Of a DNA stretch of 64,000 nt, positions 31,421-47,685 are shown in pieces (the first letter of the stretch is position 1; every line of letters begins with the position of its first letter). The notes under the pieces are model-generated. The model was not told the origin of the DNA. It saw only the letters and a list, made by a program, of their open reading frames with translations, and ran no database searches. The DNA lies in the NCBI RefSeq assembly GCF_009914755.1, contig NC_060933.1, one strand, 5' to 3'. Position numbers and translations under genes: made by a program. Source of the DNA: the human T2T-CHM13v2.0 reference genome, Homo sapiens.

Positions 31421-31789
31421 TTTATTTCTAATTTCCTCTAGGAACAAAACTGCACTGAAATAGACTAGAACCTACACTATTGGGAAGTCATGCTACAATA
31501 TGAATTTCCATGATTGCCGTCATCACTTTAGGCATGACTTTGAGCAAATTCAATAAACTCTTATACTGCAACTCTGTTATTGATTCCATGGTATTTTGTT
31601 CTCTTTTATTCCTTTTTTATTTATTCCTGTAATGAACAGTCCAATCTGTTACTTAGGATAGGAAAGATTTGGAGACCTAACATGATAAATAAATAAGCCT
31701 GTGTGATCTTCATTTAACTCTTTTACCTCTCACAGTAGAGGATACTCTCCCAAAGCACACAGGTATGTTCTTCAAAGCATTAAATGCAG

Positions 31790-31905
31790 GCTTACTTAGA
31801 CTAGAACCATGTCTTCTTTTGTCCATCACTGTTTCTCCTGTTCCTATCATAAGGGCTTATATTTACTATTCACTCAATATATATTTATGGGATGAATAGA
31901 TGAAT
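31790..31905 (+). mobile_element. L2 3' end
   Basis: ccatgtctt..tcactg..cactcaatatatatttat..gatgaatagatgaat. Confidence 0.6.
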
Positions 31906-32097
31906 TAAAATCTTTCCAACAGAGGATATTTCCTCAGTTCTACCAATGATATTTAACTTTGTGTATATTCTATGCAATGCTCATTACATCCCTTAGTTAT
32001 CTTGAACTTTCAATTCCATCATTTTACTAATAATTTCATAAATAAGTTAAGAAGCCTGTGTTATATCTATGCAATACATAACTACAATCGATTGGAT

Positions 32098-32303
32098 CAG
32101 GAGTGGCAAACTGTGATCCACAGACCTTGCTGCCTGTTTTTGTAAACTTTTATTGGAACACAGTCATACCAATTTGCTTACTTACCATCTATAGCTGCTT
32201 CCTTGCTCCCATGATAAGACTTAGTAGTTGTCAGAGAAACAATATGGCCCACAGAATCTAAACTATTTACTATATGGCCCTTTTCAGAAAAATGATGATC
32301 CTT
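32098..32303 (+). mobile_element. MER58A hAT element
   Basis: caggagtggcaaact..gcctgtttttgtaaa..tttattggaacacag..atggcccacagaatctaaactatttactatatggccctttt. Confidence 0.85.
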
Positions 32304-32461
32304 AGATTAGAGGAATAAGATTAAGATTTTATCAGCAATGTTTAGACATCTTTGCACTATTTACAGTAGAGAACATCCTGGGGGAAATATCATGTGTATC
32401 ATATTCAACTTAGTATACAAAATATTAATTTAAAGCTATGCAACAGATGTTGTTAAAAGCA

Positions 32462-32612
32462 TTTGAGAATTTATACATCTAAATGAGTGCAGTTTTTGGT
32501 GGCACATCAAATTATATACTCTCATTGGTGAAAACACATTTGTCTTTTAATGATGAATTTAAATTTTGGAAGCATTCACAATTTTCTCAGAGCCAATGTA
32601 ACAAAATATTGT
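32462..32612 (+). repeat. ~150-bp dispersed direct repeat, copy 1 (copy 2 at 34153-34304)
   Basis: shared blocks tggcacatc, tggtgaaaacacatttg, tgaatttaaattttggaagcat. Confidence 0.9.
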
Positions 32613-33659
32613 GTTTGACAGTAGGCAGTATACTTTCGGTGTGAAAATATAGAGAAATGGTACTTATTTTGTTATGTGGCATATAATTTGACTCTAAAGG
32701 TGATATCACAAATGTAGTTAAAAATATTTTGAACAAAAAGCATTAGGGAAATTAGTGTGTTTTTTACCAAGATTAAAAATCTCAAAATTGCTGCACCCAA
32801 GAATTTAGAGTCAAATCTGGTGTAAACATGGGATATAAACATAAAGTTCATGGTGTCATCTGTGATATCATATCATATTATTTTGCATATCAACATTCAA
32901 CCTGATTCTATTTTTTTCCTGATAAACATTTGGATCAAAAAGGAAAAAATAAACATTGAATGGTCAAATAAATTTGCTGAAATAAATTAATATGCAGTCT
33001 TGTCCACCATGAATTATAGAGCATATAAAATTTCTAATGTTCAACAAAATTGACAATTGATTCTTATTCTGTTCAGGCACAATGACATTACACATTTTAA
33101 CTACATTGGTTGTGAAAACGTGTCAGCTTGAACATAATTTCTTAGGAATGTGAGGGTATTAAATATTGCCTTGCAGATGCTCACAAAATAGGTACCCATT
33201 TTTGCCATATGGGAGAGACAAATGAAAAGTCTTCAAGGATCAACAAGAGAAAAACAAACCACCCCATATGTAGATTAAACTAAGTGCCAACTTGGGATAA
33301 TATCCTCTTTTGAAGTGTCAGGAATGTTAAGGAAGTTTTAAAAAGTGATCTATGAATATGCAGTGGCAAGAGCAACAGAAAACAACTTCTCTTATTTTGA
33401 AATAAATAGATAGATGATCTATTCTTATGTTTAAAATATATTAAGCCATGTTGTAAGGGATACCATGCTGATTGTCTGTGTCTCTCTTTTAAATAGAAGG
33501 TAGAAATAAAAACCCAAGATAATATGCTAATATATATATTTTTCTCAGTATAAGAAACTACTAAGCACCCAAAGGAACATCAAATACCCAGTGTCCTGCA
33601 AATGACTGTAGGATAGGTAAGAGTAGCTAATGGTGATATTAATGCTGTATAATACAATT

Positions 33660-33960
33660 TAAAATTAGTATCTCTCCTCTTTCCATCACCTAAATTGGCT
33701 TACTTTCCGTATTTAAAATTCACAATAAGTGGCATCAACATGAATGGAGTTGGCCTGTTGAGTCACTTAGACTCCTTTCTTACCCCCAATAACCAATCAG
33801 TCACCAAATCTTACAAATCATATCTGATGATAGTATCTTTCTTGCCTTGCTCCTTACCTTTTTTCCCACTGCTTTTAAGTCAAGATTAACAACACAGCTT
33901 ATACAGTTGACTTACCGTGACTACAAGTCCTTGCATATTTTTTACCCTTTCACTGGACCA
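33660..33960 (+). mobile_element. L2 fragment
   Basis: gagtcacttagactcctttcttacccccaataaccaatcagtcaccaaatc. Confidence 0.6.
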
Positions 33961-34039
33961 CAGGTGTACATAATTAAACTATTCCTCTTTTCGTGACTCA
34001 CTTTATCGCTTTTCCATATGAACAGTACCACTGTAAAAA

Positions 34040-34510
34040 TACCTGTATTTGTCTACCATTGCATATACACAAGAATTTTGGAGGAGAGGATATGTACCCC
34101 AAATTAAAATTGCCTGGATATAATGTGAGTGTGTTAAATTTTATAAAATGTGTTTGAGAGTGTACACATCTAAGTAAGTGCAGTCTTCTCTGGCACATCC
34201 ATTTATATAATCTCAATGGTGAAAACACATTTGCTCTTTAATGGTGAATTTAAATTTTGGAAGCATCCAAAATTTCTTTCAGAGCAAATATGACTGAATA
34301 TTGTCACAAAATAATGCTATTTTTTAAAGACGGTTGTACTAATTTACATCCCGACCAGAAGTAGATAAGATACCTTTCATCCCCATCTGCTACAACACTT
34401 GATATTGTCAAACTTTTTAATCTTTTCCAAGTAAATGAAATTAAAAATATTTTTTATCATAATCTGTAGCCTCTGCTAACTATTGAGATAGAATATCTCC
34501 TCTTATTCTC
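34040..34510 (-). mobile_element. Old L1M(E) fragment split by duplicated segment 34153-34304
   Basis: ggttgtactaatttacatcccgaccag..caacacttgatattgtcaaactttttaat. Confidence 0.65.
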
Positions 34511-34736
34511 TCTAGCTTTGCCCCATCCCACCTCTGATATAACCACAAAATGCACTTGTACAGATGCACACTTACACACAGTCACATTCACACACTTAAT
34601 ATTTTTCACTTCTATATAAACATTTTGTGTTTTCCATTTCTTGGACGTTTTCTTTTTCCGATTCCATCTGTGTCTGGTTTAATTGCACATCTATGTGCGT
34701 GCCACAGATTTTTTCTATTTCTTTTATTATAGCATT

Positions 34737-35286
34737 TGTATTAGTCAGGGTTCTCTAGAGGAATGGGACTAATAGGATGGACGCACACATTAAAGAGAGT
34801 TTATTAAGGAGTACTGACTCACATGATCAAAAGGTAAAGTCCCACAATAGGCCCTCTGCAAGCCGAGGAGCAAGGGAGCCAGTCTGAGTCCCCAAACCTC
34901 AAAAGTAGGGAAGCTGACAGTGCAGCCTTCAGTGTGTAGCTGAAGGCCCAAAAGCCCCTAGCAAACCACTGGTGTAGGTCCAAGAGTTCAAAAGCTGAAA
35001 AACTTGGAGTCCGATGTTCGAGGGCAGGAAGCATCCAGCACGGGAGAAAGATGGAGGCCAAAAGACTTAGCCAGTCTAGTCCTTCCACATTCCTCTGCCT
35101 GCTTTTATCCTAGCCACGCTGGCAGGTGATTAAATGGTGTCCACCCAGATTGAAGGTTGGTCTGCCTTTCCCAGTCCACTGACTCAAATGTTAATCTCCT
35201 TTGGCAATACCCTCACAGACACACCCAGTAATAACACTTTGAATCTTTCAATCCAATCAAGTTGACACTCAATATTAACCATGACA
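34737..35286 (-). mobile_element. MLT2A2-like ERVL solo LTR
   Basis: tgtattagtcagggttctctagag ... caatccaatcaagttgacactcaatattaaccatgaca; TSD gcatt/gcact. Confidence 0.92.
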
Positions 35287-36901
35287 GCACTTATGATAGA
35301 AATGCTATCTAATGAACATTTACTTGTTTGAATTCCCCAAGGTGGACCCATGAAATCAGAGACTATGTATCTCACATACCAGTGTATCCCCAATGTATAA
35401 AGATCCACTGCTACATTTATACTCTCTCAATCCAGCTCCTTGGATTATTCATTTAATCATTTCACAAATACTTTTGAGCCCTTGAGAGAGAGACAGAAGT
35501 TATAAAGAAAATCAAAAGGATATTTTGCTAGAATAACAGCAGTAGTTGCTCCTTTAGAAATAGCAATAAAGGATATCCACTCTGATGAAGGGACATTTGA
35601 GCTTAGATATTATTAATGAGAAATAGGGCTGATGTCTATTTCTTTAAATGTTAATTGAAGAAATCTCTGATTCTAGTTTTGTTAGTGCTCCTGAGGAAAT
35701 TGCCAACGCCATGCCAAGGATGCTACCTCTAGACATTTTCAAATGCTACTACATCCTACACATTGCCACAGTGGTGCTAGATTCTGTGCATAGGAGAGGA
35801 AAAAGGTCTACCCTACTGGATTAAGGGCCTATCCTATTCCAGTAATACCTCATTTTAACTAGTTACATCTACTGGCCCTCCCCCCTTGTCCCCTACATAT
35901 ATGCCCTCGAACTCATCAAGACATTCACCAAAGATGTCGTTTATTTCAGTTACTCTCCTCTGTTCATTTTCTCCTGCGGCCAGCTTACAAAACGTCAACA
36001 ACAACAACACGATCTCTCTCTACAAGAAAATTTCTGTGTAATTCACATTCTCTGTTTACAAACCTAAGACACTAATACCTGTCCTTCCCTAAAAATAACC
36101 TTCAAGAAAAAGTTCTGCCACAATGAAGAGACTGCATAGAATTTGAACTTAGAAAGATCTGGATTCAAAGCCTTACTTCACTTACTGCCATGGTATTCAA
36201 AAAGATAATGCAATTTAGTAGATTTAGTTACCCATTAACCTTCAATGGAATATAATTCTTAGGTTTCAGACTAGCAAGTTTATGCCTTAAAAAGTAATCA
36301 CAGGTCAGCTGTATCAGAAGAGAGCAGATGTCCAATACCCACTCTTACAGATTCTGTTGCTATAGGATAAAGTTCAGAAATCTCAAGCAAGCAAATGTGT
36401 TCTTGGTCATATACACTAAAGCTTCAGAACTTCTGGTCTCTGACAACAAGAACAAGAACTACTCAAGCTGATTTAAGAAGAACATCGATGTCTTCGTCTC
36501 CTAGGGCTGCTGTAACAAAGTGCTACAAATTGAGTAGCTTAAAAGGATAGAAATTTATTATCTTATAGTTCTGTATGCTAGAAGTCAAAACTAAGATTCC
36601 ACAGAGTTGGTTCTCTCTGAGAGTTCTGAGAGAGACTCTGTTCCATGCCTCGCTTTTGGCTTCTGGTGACAACCACAAACCTTGGGATCTCTTGGTTTGT
36701 GAACACGTCACTTCAGTCTCTGCCTCCGTCTCCACACAGGGTTCTCCCTATATGTCTTCCTCTTTTCTTCTTGTAAGAACACCAGCCACAATGCATTAAA
36801 GGACTACCGTATTCCCTTATGACCTCATCTTAACTAATTACACCTACCAACAACCTGTTTACAAACAAGGTTACATTCTGAGGTACTGGAGATTAGAACA
36901 T

Positions 36902-36989
36902 TGTATTATTCAAGGCTTTCCAGGGAAACAGAACCAACAGTAGATAGATAGATATAGATAGATAGATGATAGATAGATGATAGATACAT

Positions 36990-37039
<50 letters not shown>

Positions 37040-37451
37040 CAGACAGACATTTATTAAGAGAACTGGGCACATGTGGTTGTGGAGGCCAAAAAGTTCAATA
37101 CTACATCATTTACAAGCTAGAGAACCAGGAAAACTGGTGTCCAGAGAACCACTGGTGTCCAGAGTCTGCATGCCTCAGAACCAGGAGCTCCAATGTTTGA
37201 AAACAGGAGAAGATGGGTGTCTGAGCTAAAGAAGAAATATACAGGATTCATTCTTCATGTTTTGTATTCTCAAACCCTCAAAGAATTGGATGATGTTCTC
37301 CCACATTAGTGAGGGTGGGACTTCTTTACACAGTCTATGGATTCAAATGCCAATGTCTTCTGAAAGCACTCTCACAGAGACTCCAAGAAATAGTGTTTTA
37401 CCACCTATTCTGGGCATTCAACTCAGTGAAATTGACACGTAAAATTAACCC
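36902..37451 (-). mobile_element. MLT2C/D-like ERVL LTR
   Basis: cagggaaacagaaccaacag..ctctcacagagactccaagaaatagtgttttacc..ttgacacgtaaaattaacc. Confidence 0.82.
36941..37049. repeat. Compound tetranucleotide STR ending (GATA)12(GACA)3
   Basis: read directly. Confidence 0.95.
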
Positions 37452-38202
37452 TTTTGGATTTCAACAAATATTTTTTAGGGGGCCAAAATTCAACCAGTAA
37501 CAAAGAATAACTGTATCTACAGCCAAGGGCTCCCCCACATGATATGCATCATAATCTTCCACTAAGGGTCCCGGTCATGCACTATGGCCCCTAAATCAGG
37601 ATTATTGAAGCTATAGACCAGGTCCTGGGTTTTTAAGAAACTTTCACAAACATGTTTTAAAATCACTAAACACATATGCTAATGATATACTAATGTTTCT
37701 ACGGCAATGGCTTGTGATATTTATAATGTAGTAAAACACTTTCTTAACATTAAAACTGTGTAAAACAAAATGCCAATTTTTGAGTTAACCAAGCAGTATT
37801 AAGTAATACTGGTAGTGGGTTTCTTTGCAACGGGAGGAAATAAAAATAATAATTTAATCTGAAAATGATGTATATTATGATTTTCTATCGCTATTACATT
37901 TTCACATGCCCCTTTTTTGTATTGCATTAATCTTTATTCTCTTTTCTTTATATGTTTACTTTTCTTCTTTTGCAGCATCATAAATTTTTTCACAATTATG
38001 TTTTCATTTTAACAAATTTATGCTGAGTACTAACGGTATATCTGGTTTTGTGCTAAAAGCTGAAGTAACAATGTCCTTTAAAACTCAATCTCAGTCCAGA
38101 AGAAATTCTTAGTTTACCAGAAGAGAGACACATAGAACCTTAAAAAAAAAGAAAAAGAAAAGAAAAGAAAAAGTAAAGCAACTACTGTGAAATTTGAAAG
38201 AA

Positions 38203-38335
38203 AGTACTTCCAAAAATGTAATGTGCACATGAATCAACTTGGGAACTTATTAAAAATAAATTTTAAGTCAGTAAATTTGGGGTGGAGCCTGTGATTCTTC
38301 ATCTCTAACAAGTTCCCAGGTGATGCTTCTGGCTA
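38203..38335. mobile_element. MER5-type hAT element
   Basis: tcagtaaatttggggtggagcctgtgattcttcatctctaacaagttcccaggtgatgct. Confidence 0.75.
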
Positions 38336-38521
38336 GTGATTTATGCCTCGTGGAGGAAGTTGATTGGGAATAAAATGAAGATGCATGCAAAATGCTAATG
38401 GAACACAGATGGGGATAAAATTATTGCTGTATCCATCTTAAGGCTTAATGTTTAAGGAATGTTGCAGAGAAGAAGGTTGTAGATTTTGGACTTCAAATAT
38501 CACAGTGAATTAATTGCCTAA

Positions 38522-41064
<2,543 letters not shown>

Positions 41065-41145
41065 CCCAATAAGAAAAATAATATTTTTAGCAATGACAAT
41101 GGAATAAGTAAAGGTTCAGAAATAACCAATAATAAGTGTGCTTAA

Positions 41146-41429
<284 letters not shown>

Positions 41430-42122
41430 CAAAATGCACTTCTTAAAAGAGCATTTTGTTGGACCATCCTCCGGGCACATAATTATTTAGAATTTATGAG
41501 ATTAGGGCATGGGGATCTTTCTCTTAAATAAATTTCCAACTCCTTCTTCTGCCTCTGTCCTCTTAATTTCAGGCTAGGGTTTTGCATACCTGTAGAAGGG
41601 GGAAAAGTCATGTTCTGAGGGTATCTTTGGACATAACTTAGGGTCAAGTGATGAGGAGCCCTTCTGTGCTTTGTCCAGAAATTTGGATTTTATTTTTCAA
41701 AAGCAGTATTCAATTTTTTGGATTCTTTGTTCTTATTTAAAAAACAATTGAATATACCTTCATATATTTGTCATCATTTATTTAAAATATATGTAAATCT
41801 AGTCATATGCATATACTATTGCATTTTAAATCACAGTAAAAGACAAAAACATTGGCATTAAGCACAGATAAAATAAATGATAAACAGTATTTAAAGTATA
41901 TTTTAAAATATCTTCATATCATCAGACATCATTTCTTAGGACACAATATATATTTAAGGTGAGGTTTGTTAACTATAGTGAATACAAATGCTGTAGTTAT
42001 TTGAAGTAGATTTTTGATAATGTCGATTTATACGGCTTACTTTTTACAAAATATTATAGCAATGTTTTTCCTTTAAGCCTTGAAATAAAATTGATTGTCA
42101 GATTATCAAAACATATATGATC

Positions 42123-42440
42123 ATTATTATTAGTAGTATTATTTTTTGAGACAGAGTCTCACTCTGTCACCCAGGCTGGAGTGCAATGGCATGATCACAG
42201 CTCAGCTCACTGCAGCTTCAATCTCCTGGGCTCAAGTGATCCTCCCACCTCAACCTCCCAAACAGCTGGGATTATAGGCATGTGCCACCATGCTCTGCTG
42301 GTTTTTGATGCATATATTTTTGCAGAGACAGGGTTTCACCATGTTTCTCAGGCTAAACTCAAACTCCTGGACTCAAGTGATCTGCCTGCCTTGGCCTCCC
42401 TAAGTGTTGGGATTACAGGCATGAGCCACTGCACCTGGCG
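42123..42440 (-). mobile_element. AluJ (Jb-like)
   Basis: tgatcacagctca..ctcctgggctcaagtgatcctccc; (TAT)n-type tail. Confidence 0.92.
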
Positions 42441-42735
42441 TAAAACATGCATTATTGATAGTATCCATAGTCATCAGATTATTGAGAATTTTTATTGTTT
42501 AAAAGTTTTTTTTAATTAGGTAAGCGTTTGATGAGTTAAGCCTACAAAATGTAAACTTTACATTCATGTAACTGGGCAGTCATAAATTGAAATATTTAAT
42601 AATGTGCTTGAAGACAACAAAACTATGTGCTCTTGTCAAACCCTCCCTGGAGTAGAACTCTTTTTCTTCTCAGGGATGCCACATTACCATGGGGACCTAT
42701 GGACAAGAGGTACCTTTGTCAATTCATATATTAAA

Positions 42736-42770
42736 TGTGTGTGTGTCTGTGTGTGTGTGTGTGTGTGTGT
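42736..42770. repeat. (TG)n microsatellite
   Basis: read directly. Confidence 0.9.
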
Positions 42771-44029
42771 TTGGAACTGATTATAGACAAAATAGAAGCT
42801 CTAACATTCTAGTCAATACAGTAGTCACTGTAGACAAATCCTTCCCAATCCACTGCCAAATGTATAACTACTTTTTTGCAAGCTATGCCCTGGCTCCAGA
42901 ATTTTCTAAGGAGCTTCAGAAAAAAAATAAAAATTATTTTGCCCCATGCCTACCTACTATATAAGAATCTCTGAGTAAGCAAAGAGCCTTAGAATACGTA
43001 CTTCTTCAAAACAACCAAGCTGACTCTGAAGTCACCCAAGGATTACATATAACTGAGATGAAAGACCCTTAGAAATTTGTAAGTAAGGGGGCATATAAGT
43101 AAGATGATCAAAATTACTTGAACTTTAAAGGAAGTGCAAAATATAGACTTCATAGACAGTGCTGGAGGTAAGAAGACCCGTGGGTAATTGTGAAGGTATC
43201 AACTCCTAACTGATAAAGGTTCTGGATATTAACTTATGAATGTCCCAATAGTGACCCATTTTAATCTTCAATTCTAAATTACTTTGGCACATTAATTTTA
43301 ATTCTCTTAAATTTTTTGTCAATATAAACATTATTTTCATTATAAATCCTAATTGCTGTGGTGTTTATGGTAAGCCAAAGATGCTAAAAGCTGCATTAGA
43401 AACAACTCTTTGTGTTCTCACTCTCTCTCTCTCTAATAACAGCTGAAAAAAGAAAAAGGCAGAGAGTAAATCCAAGGTTTTAGATTCAGTAAGACTCCCC
43501 CATGCATCCCACTCAACTTTTTATATTATGATAGGAAATGTTTATATCCCAATGGCTTACACAGTGAAATAATTTATAGCTGACGTTGGTTTCCAGCTTT
43601 ATGATAATTTTAATGAAATATTCTCCAGTTCCTCCAAATATAAAGAATGCTTTAAAGTGTAAGATAATGTTCAACAATTGAGAGAATATAACCAACAGGG
43701 GAGAAATGATGCAGTAATAACCAAGCTGAATTGTTGTAATGTGACTGTTCTTTTCTAACAGCCTTATTCACTCCTTTTTATGCTCTGGATAAACTATCTT
43801 ACATAGTAGTGAATAAGTAATAATGGCTCATATCCCAGCTGTGAGCAGTTTTGTGGTTAGTAAAATAGGGAGCAGCCAGGGATTTCAATCTCAAATAACA
43901 TCGTATATGACAAGTGAAACTTTAGTAATTTGCAGTGAATAATTTGATATAAGAAGAACAGAAAACTATCGCTATGTGGCTCAATTTTTTACATAAAATT
44001 GGATCTGTGTTTAAAACCTGAGGTTTGGG

Positions 44030-44190
44030 AACTTAATAAGTTAGGGAATTTAACCTAGCTATCTCACTTACGATATTAGGCAAGTTGCTTAACTTCCCCA
44101 AATCTTGGTTATTCCCACCTGTAAAGTAGGTGATTGAATGATATCATTGTATGTGAATCACATAGAAAATAGTGGTAGATAGAATTTGGT
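44030..44190 (+). mobile_element. MIR
   Basis: tctcacttacgatattaggcaagttgcttaacttc..cccacctgtaaagtagg. Confidence 0.7.
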
Positions 44191-44199
44191 TACAGCCTC

Positions 44200-45010
44200 C
44201 TCCCCAATTCTGATTCCTCTTCTTCCCATTTTCTCATCTGTAAAAGCTGCAGTGCCTAGGTGCAGGGCTTTTCTCTTCTCTTTCTACACAATCTCTCTAG
44301 AAAATCTCTTCTTTTCTTTGGTTTGAAATACTGCAGGTATGCTGGTGGTTCCCAGGCTTATATCTCCAACACAAACTTTTCTCTTACTTGAACTCTGGCT
44401 TGGCTCATCAAACAATGACAACTGCCTACTCAGCAACTCCCCTTAAATGTCTGATGGACATCACTCACATCACACATTCAAAACTGAGCTCTACCTTATT
44501 TACCTTCTTCCAAAACCAATAATCTGCTGTTCCCCCAGTTTACCCTACATCAGCAAATCAGATAAATCCTCTTCTCTTACAACTCATGGGCAATCTCTGT
44601 CATCTCAACTTTCAAAATATCCATCTTCTCTTAGAACTCAGAGCAAACTCTGTCATCTCAACTTCCAAAATATCCATGATCCAACCAAATTTTCAACATT
44701 GTACTGTTTTCATCATCGTCCAAAACGTTGCTATTTCTCACCTGTATTGTTGAAATAGCTTTCTAATTGGACGTTTTGCTTTTATCTTGGCCCTGCTTCA
44801 ATCTTTTCCCTGTTTAGCAGCCAGAAATTCTTTCAGAATATGTCAGATAAATGCCACTTACTTGCTTCCCTTATGCTGCAGAGCATGATCCGAGTACATG
44901 CTGTGACTTCCATGGTGCTGCTCTCCTTCTGACCTCATCCTCTACTACTTGTTCTTTGCTCACTCAGTTTCATTCAAACAGTGAAAATTGAACAAGTTTC
45001 CATCTGAAGG
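44200..45010 (+). mobile_element. L2 fragment
   Basis: caactgcctactcagcaactccccttaaatgtct..cagcagccaga..atatgtcagat..tctgacctcatcctctactact. Confidence 0.75.
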
Positions 45011-45337
45011 CTTTAAAAACTGGGGGGGCTCTTTTATAAATCTGGGATATGACTGCTAGGGCAGCCATGGGTGGGCTATTTGGAATAGCAAAACCCATAT
45101 TTGTTCTCTTATCCTCAAAAAGTCTAACTTGGAATTTTTTACAGGATAGAAGAATGTTTTTCAGCAGCAAGAGAGGGCAAGCTTCAATATGTTATATGCA
45201 AGTTACTGGTTGTGTTTGTTAGTGTATAACTGAGCAAAATAAATCTCATGGCTAAAATCAATAACAATGTGGGAAGAAACTACACAAGAGCATGGATATG
45301 TGGAGGTGCAATGTCTTGGTGGTACTACTGTAACATT

Positions 45338-45833
45338 TTAATTATTTTCTTATTGCTGCTGTAACAAGTTACACAAACTTAGTGACAAAACAACTCAAAT
45401 GTATTATTTTATAGTTCTTGAGGTCCAAAATGAGTCTTAGGGGACTAACATTAACATATCAAAGAGCAATGTTCCTTCTGGAGGAAGAATCTGTTTCCAG
45501 GGAAGAATTTGTGTCCTTGTCTTATTCACATTCTGGAGGTCACATACATTCATTCATAGGCTTTGTGGACCCTTCTTTCTTCTTCAAAACATATTACTCC
45601 AACCTGTTTCTCTCATTACATCCCATCTTTTGACTTCGAACCTCTTTTCTCTTTCTTAAAAGAAGTCTTATGATCACATTGGAACTCATCTGAATAATCC
45701 AGAGTGTGTGTCCCATGTCAAGATTCTTGATTTAATCAAATCTACAAAGGCCCTTTTGCCATATAAAGCAATATATTCCCAACTTCCAGAGATTAGGATA
45801 TGGAAATATTTAGGAGCTACTATCCTTATCACA
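45338..45833 (-). mobile_element. MLT1D-like MaLR LTR
   Basis: tattgctgctgtaacaagttacacaaacttagtg..cccttttgccatataa..ccagagattaggatatgga. Confidence 0.8.
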
Positions 45834-46039
45834 TAATGTATTTTTAGAGCATGGGAAAATGTTCTGTCACAGAGTGGATATCTCTTAGATGTTTGTTGAA
45901 TGAATGAGCAGTTACGAAGTAAACTTGTTTTTTAAAAAAATTATGGCATATGTATGTATATTGCGAGCATAAGGAAAATTTCATGTTTCACAATGCAAAT
46001 GGTATAATAAAATATTGTTGAGTTTGATGCAACAATAAA

Positions 46040-46290
46040 ACATTTGCAAATATTATATAATACTAATGTATGATGTGTTAGTATAAGAATATTACTCGTG
46101 TTAACTCATTTGATTTTTTTCAACAATATAACAAAGTAGATACTACTAGCATCCACCACTTGTTTACAAATACACTGAAGCACAAATTAGTTAAATGATT
46201 TACTTATTATCACATATTTACTAGGCAGAGGAGTCAGGAATGAAATCCAGGCAGTTGCTTCAGATGTGGCTACATTAATTATTAAGTGAT
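46040..46290 (-). mobile_element. MIR
   Basis: gtgttaactcatttgatt..actgaagcacaaattagttaaatgatt..gagtcaggaatgaaatccaggcag. Confidence 0.7.
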
Positions 46291-47228
46291 AGCTTCCTGA
46301 AACAAACAAACAAAATTCTGAACGATAAAGAAGAAAACAATCACATTTAATTAGAATTATTAGAAAGACTTCTTTGGGTTGGAGTTATTTATATTTAGAC
46401 AAATTTTTAGGATAAATAATTATTTCAAGTAGATAAAATAGCCTTGGGTGATGAGGAATAGTTAATAGTCTTGGTTGACTGGAGCATCTGAAATATTTCC
46501 CTGCAGGAGAAATTAAGCTAAGAAGATAGGCTGAGAACATGTTATGGGAGAATTTGATGAAGTAAGATATCTGCCAAATTTGGCAAACAATGAAAAACCT
46601 AATTAGGGGAATAATCTAATTAAATTGTCTTTTCAAAGTCTGATGTAGCAATGGCATACAGGATAGCCTAGGGTACTGGCAGTTTGCAGTGACAAAATGA
46701 AGCATTTTGCACAATTTCAGATAAATTATCATTTATATGCATTAACGTGAATAAGCAAAGAAAAAAAGAGAGAGATGAAAGAGACTTGAGGAATTTAGAG
46801 TTCACATAATTTTCAGCTTTATGAATTTTCTACCTATTAAGAAAAATCTAAAAATGCTTGATTTTTAAATCTCACATTAGTTTGATAAGTTATTTTTCAA
46901 TTATTCGCAAATATTAGCCAAGCACCTACTGTGTAACATACACTCTCCTAGTTATTGAAGATTCATTATTAAAAAGGCAAAGGCCCTGGAGTGAAAGAGG
47001 GGTCACACGTAAAGAAATAATTTTAGTGTTATTAAAATATAATCATGATTATTTCCTTAATAATAATAGTGGTGTTGAGATAAAGTTATTCTTTTCATGG
47101 AAAACAACAAGTTATAATTAAATGCATAGAATTACAAAACAGGTAGTTGAAAATGTCAAGAAAGAAACTGGAAATATGGATCTATACATGGAAAAGGAGA
47201 CCAAAGTTAAAAATAAGGATTGGAATAC

Positions 47229-47685
47229 TGTATAGTCAGGAGAGATTAACTGTTACAACAAACAGCCCCCAAATTTTAGTGGCTTTCAATAATAACGATT
47301 TATTTATTTCTCATGGCTGAGTTCGTGTTGTGAGTTCAATGTGAGACGGACAGGAGGTGAATAAGTTTAAGTTAACTTAGAGTCTGTTCTGCACAATTAT
47401 TCAGGGATCTAGGCTACTTTCATCTAGCAGTCTCATTCTCTTCTAGGACCTTGAAATCCTTTACTGGATAAATTACATAAATCTAGTAGCCAGGAAAGAA
47501 AAAGCTTGTGAAAGGTGTATTGGATGTTTTAGGTGACAGGTTTGGAAGTGGTGTACATCATTTTCAACAGAGCTTCATGAATTCAACTCAGATTCCCTCA
47601 GGGTAGGTAGGGAAATGCACTTTAGCTGTGCATGATCAAGAAAAAAATAACCTATTGATGAAGACGTAGTACAGTGTCTATGCTG
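47229..47685 (-). mobile_element. Old MLT1 (J/K-like) LTR amid L2 remnants
   Basis: gttacaacaaacagcccccaaattttagtggctt..ttcagggatctaggct..ttggaagtggtgtacatca. Confidence 0.7.

Larger units (their letters stand above)
36489..37502 (-). mobile_element. MLT1B/C-like MaLR LTR interrupted by an MLT2 LTR
   Basis: ctagggctgctgtaacaaag..gacctcatcttaactaattaca..ttctgaggtactgg; resumes at ~37452. Confidence 0.82.

Noticed and set aside
42506-42525. Recursive-splice-like TAG|GTAAGC
   Set aside because: Short pyrimidine tract and no host gene known; expected by chance.
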